Source: a bacterium (GTDB lineage Bacteria > UBA8248). From it: 64,000 bases of DNA. The DNA is taken from assembly GCA_965213685.1 (NCBI GenBank), contig CBDBZY010000043.1, positions 88,739-152,738 on the forward strand. Reading direction: 5' to 3'. Position 1 is the stretch's first letter, and every line of letters begins with the position of its first letter. Under the pieces are notes generated by a model. That model did not search any database. It saw nothing but the letters and a program-made list of their open reading frames with translations, and was not told the DNA's origin. The position numbers were made by a program, and so were the translations under genes. Of the stretch, positions 62,665-64,000 are shown piece by piece.

Positions 62665-64000
62665 GTGAATGAATCCACCGAATCCGGGCCGGACGCATCC
62701 GGCTCCCGGAATTCCCGCCCTTCGCATCCCGACGGGGCGGGCCGCCCCCCGCGTCGCAGGAGGAGGCGGGGGCGAAGGGGGGGGAGCCTCCCCGAATCCG
62801 CGGCACAGCCCGCCGCGGCCGCCCGCCCCGGGCCGGACGAGCACACGCGGCCCGCCCGTGAACCGGCCGGGAGCCGGAAGGCCCCGGGCGCGGAGGGGGG
62901 GCGTCGCCGCCCCGGCCGCAGGGGCAGGGGCCGCGGACGCCCGGACCGCAGGCAAAGGCCGAAGCCGCAGGTCATCATCGCCGATCTGCCCGGGACGAAC
63001 GGGCTGCCCGTCATGGTGGACACCCACGCCCATCTCGTCGACAAGGTTTTCGACTCCGACCGCCGGGAGGTGGTGGAGCGCGCTATCGGGGAGGGGGTGC
63101 ACTACGTCATCTCGATGGGCACTTGCCTGGAGTCGAGCCGCAGGACGGTCGACCTCGCCGCCTCCTACGCGGGCGTCCACGCGGCCGTCGGCGTTCACCC
63201 GAGCGACGTCAGGGGGGTGGACGAGAGAACCATCCGGGACGTCGCCAGGCTCTCGGAGAATCCCAAGGTGGTGGCCATCGGCGAGATTGGCCTGGACTAC
63301 TATCGGGACAACGCCCCGCAGAAGGCCCAGCGCAGGTGGTTTCGGGAGCAAATCCGGCTCGCGGTCGAGGCGGGCAAGCCCATCGTCGTCCACTGCCGGG
63401 ACGCGGCGGACGACGTCCACCGGATTCTCGAGGAGGAGAGGGCGTGGCGCGCGGGCGGCGTCATCCACTGCTTCACGGGAGATGCGGAGCAGGCCCGGAA
63501 GTTTCTGGACATCGATTTTCACCTGGGCGCGGGCGGCGCCGTCGCGTTCGCGCGCTCGGAGGCCCTCCGCGAAGTGTTCGAGCGCGTCCCGCCGGAGCGC
63601 GTTCTCCTGGAGACCGACAGCCCCTACCTCGCGCCCCCGCCCCATCGCGGCAAGCGCAACGAACCTGCGTATGTGGTGCGCGTGGCGGAAGCCCTCGCGG
63701 AGGTCCACGGAACCTCGGTCGAGGAGGTTACGCGCATCACCACGGAGAACGTGCGCCGCCTGTTCGGGATGGGGCCGCAGCGGGGGGAGGGGAGCGTCGC
63801 CTACCCGCTGGGGGGCGCGCTCTACCTGAACATCACGAACGACTGCCAGAACGCCTGCTTCTTCTGCGGCCTTCTGAGCGACCGCGTCTACAAGGGCCGC
63901 AACCTGGCGCTGGCGGCGGAGCCCGACGCGGCGGAGGTGCTCGCCGCCGCCGGCGACCCCTCGCGCTTCGAGGAGGTTGTCTTCAGCGGATTCGGCGAGC
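62665..64000 (+). CDS. tatD: TatD DNase fused to radical SAM domain, with long N-terminal extension; runs off window edge
   Basis: Manual translation from GTG 62665 (RBS AGGAGG): DTHAH, GEIGLDY, HCR, HCF, ETDSP, then YLNITNDCQNACFFC (CxxxCxxC). Confidence 0.9.
   Translation, partial: MNESTESGPDASGSRNSRPSHPDGAGRPPRRRRRRGRRGGSLPESAAQPAAAARPGPDEHTRPAREPAGSRKAPGAEGGRRRPGRRGRGRGRPDRRQRPKPQVIIADLPGTNGLPVMVDTHAHLVDKVFDSDRREVVERAIGEGVHYVISMGTCLESSRRTVDLAASYAGVHAAVGVHPSDVRGVDERTIRDVARLSENPKVVAIGEIGLDYYRDNAPQKAQRRWFREQIRLAVEAGKPIVVHCRDAADDVHRILEEERAWRAGGVIHCFTGDAEQARKFLDIDFHLGAGGAVAFARSEALREVFERVPPERVLLETDSPYLAPPPHRGKRNEPAYVVRVAEALAEVHGTSVEEVTRITTENVRRLFGMGPQRGEGSVAYPLGGALYLNITNDCQNACFFCGLLSDRVYKGRNLALAAEPDAAEVLAAAGDPSRFEEVVFSGFGE

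Overview
High-GC bacterial chromosome segment, probably from an uncultured Gram-negative lineage and probably a long-read assembly, since several genes carry +1 homopolymer frameshifts. The backbone is housekeeping: pyrE, bioA, thiSGE, acs, recN-nadK, dtd, glgAC, purD, prmA-rsmE, hrcA, an NtrB/NtrC-type two-component pair, and tmk-holB-ricT-metG-tatD. Four defence-like inserts interrupt it. (1) A type II R-M pair with an m4C-type MTase after pyrE. (2) A tandem array of three paralogous stand-alone HsdR-N-type PD-(D/E)xK nucleases after acs, each with a swapped or diversified C-terminal domain that looks SeqA-C-like. (3) A type II R-M pair with an m6A MTase after purD. (4) A two-gene operon of a SNF2 helicase and an actin/Hsp70-fold ATPase next to hrcA. 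An 11-gene dedicated type II FAS/PKS cluster ends in a lipid A (LpxL-family) acyltransferase. The best candidate for an undescribed system is the diversified nuclease-reader array at 12.5-16.3 kb, followed by the SNF2 + actin-fold pair. All family calls come from motif recognition by eye; no searches were run.
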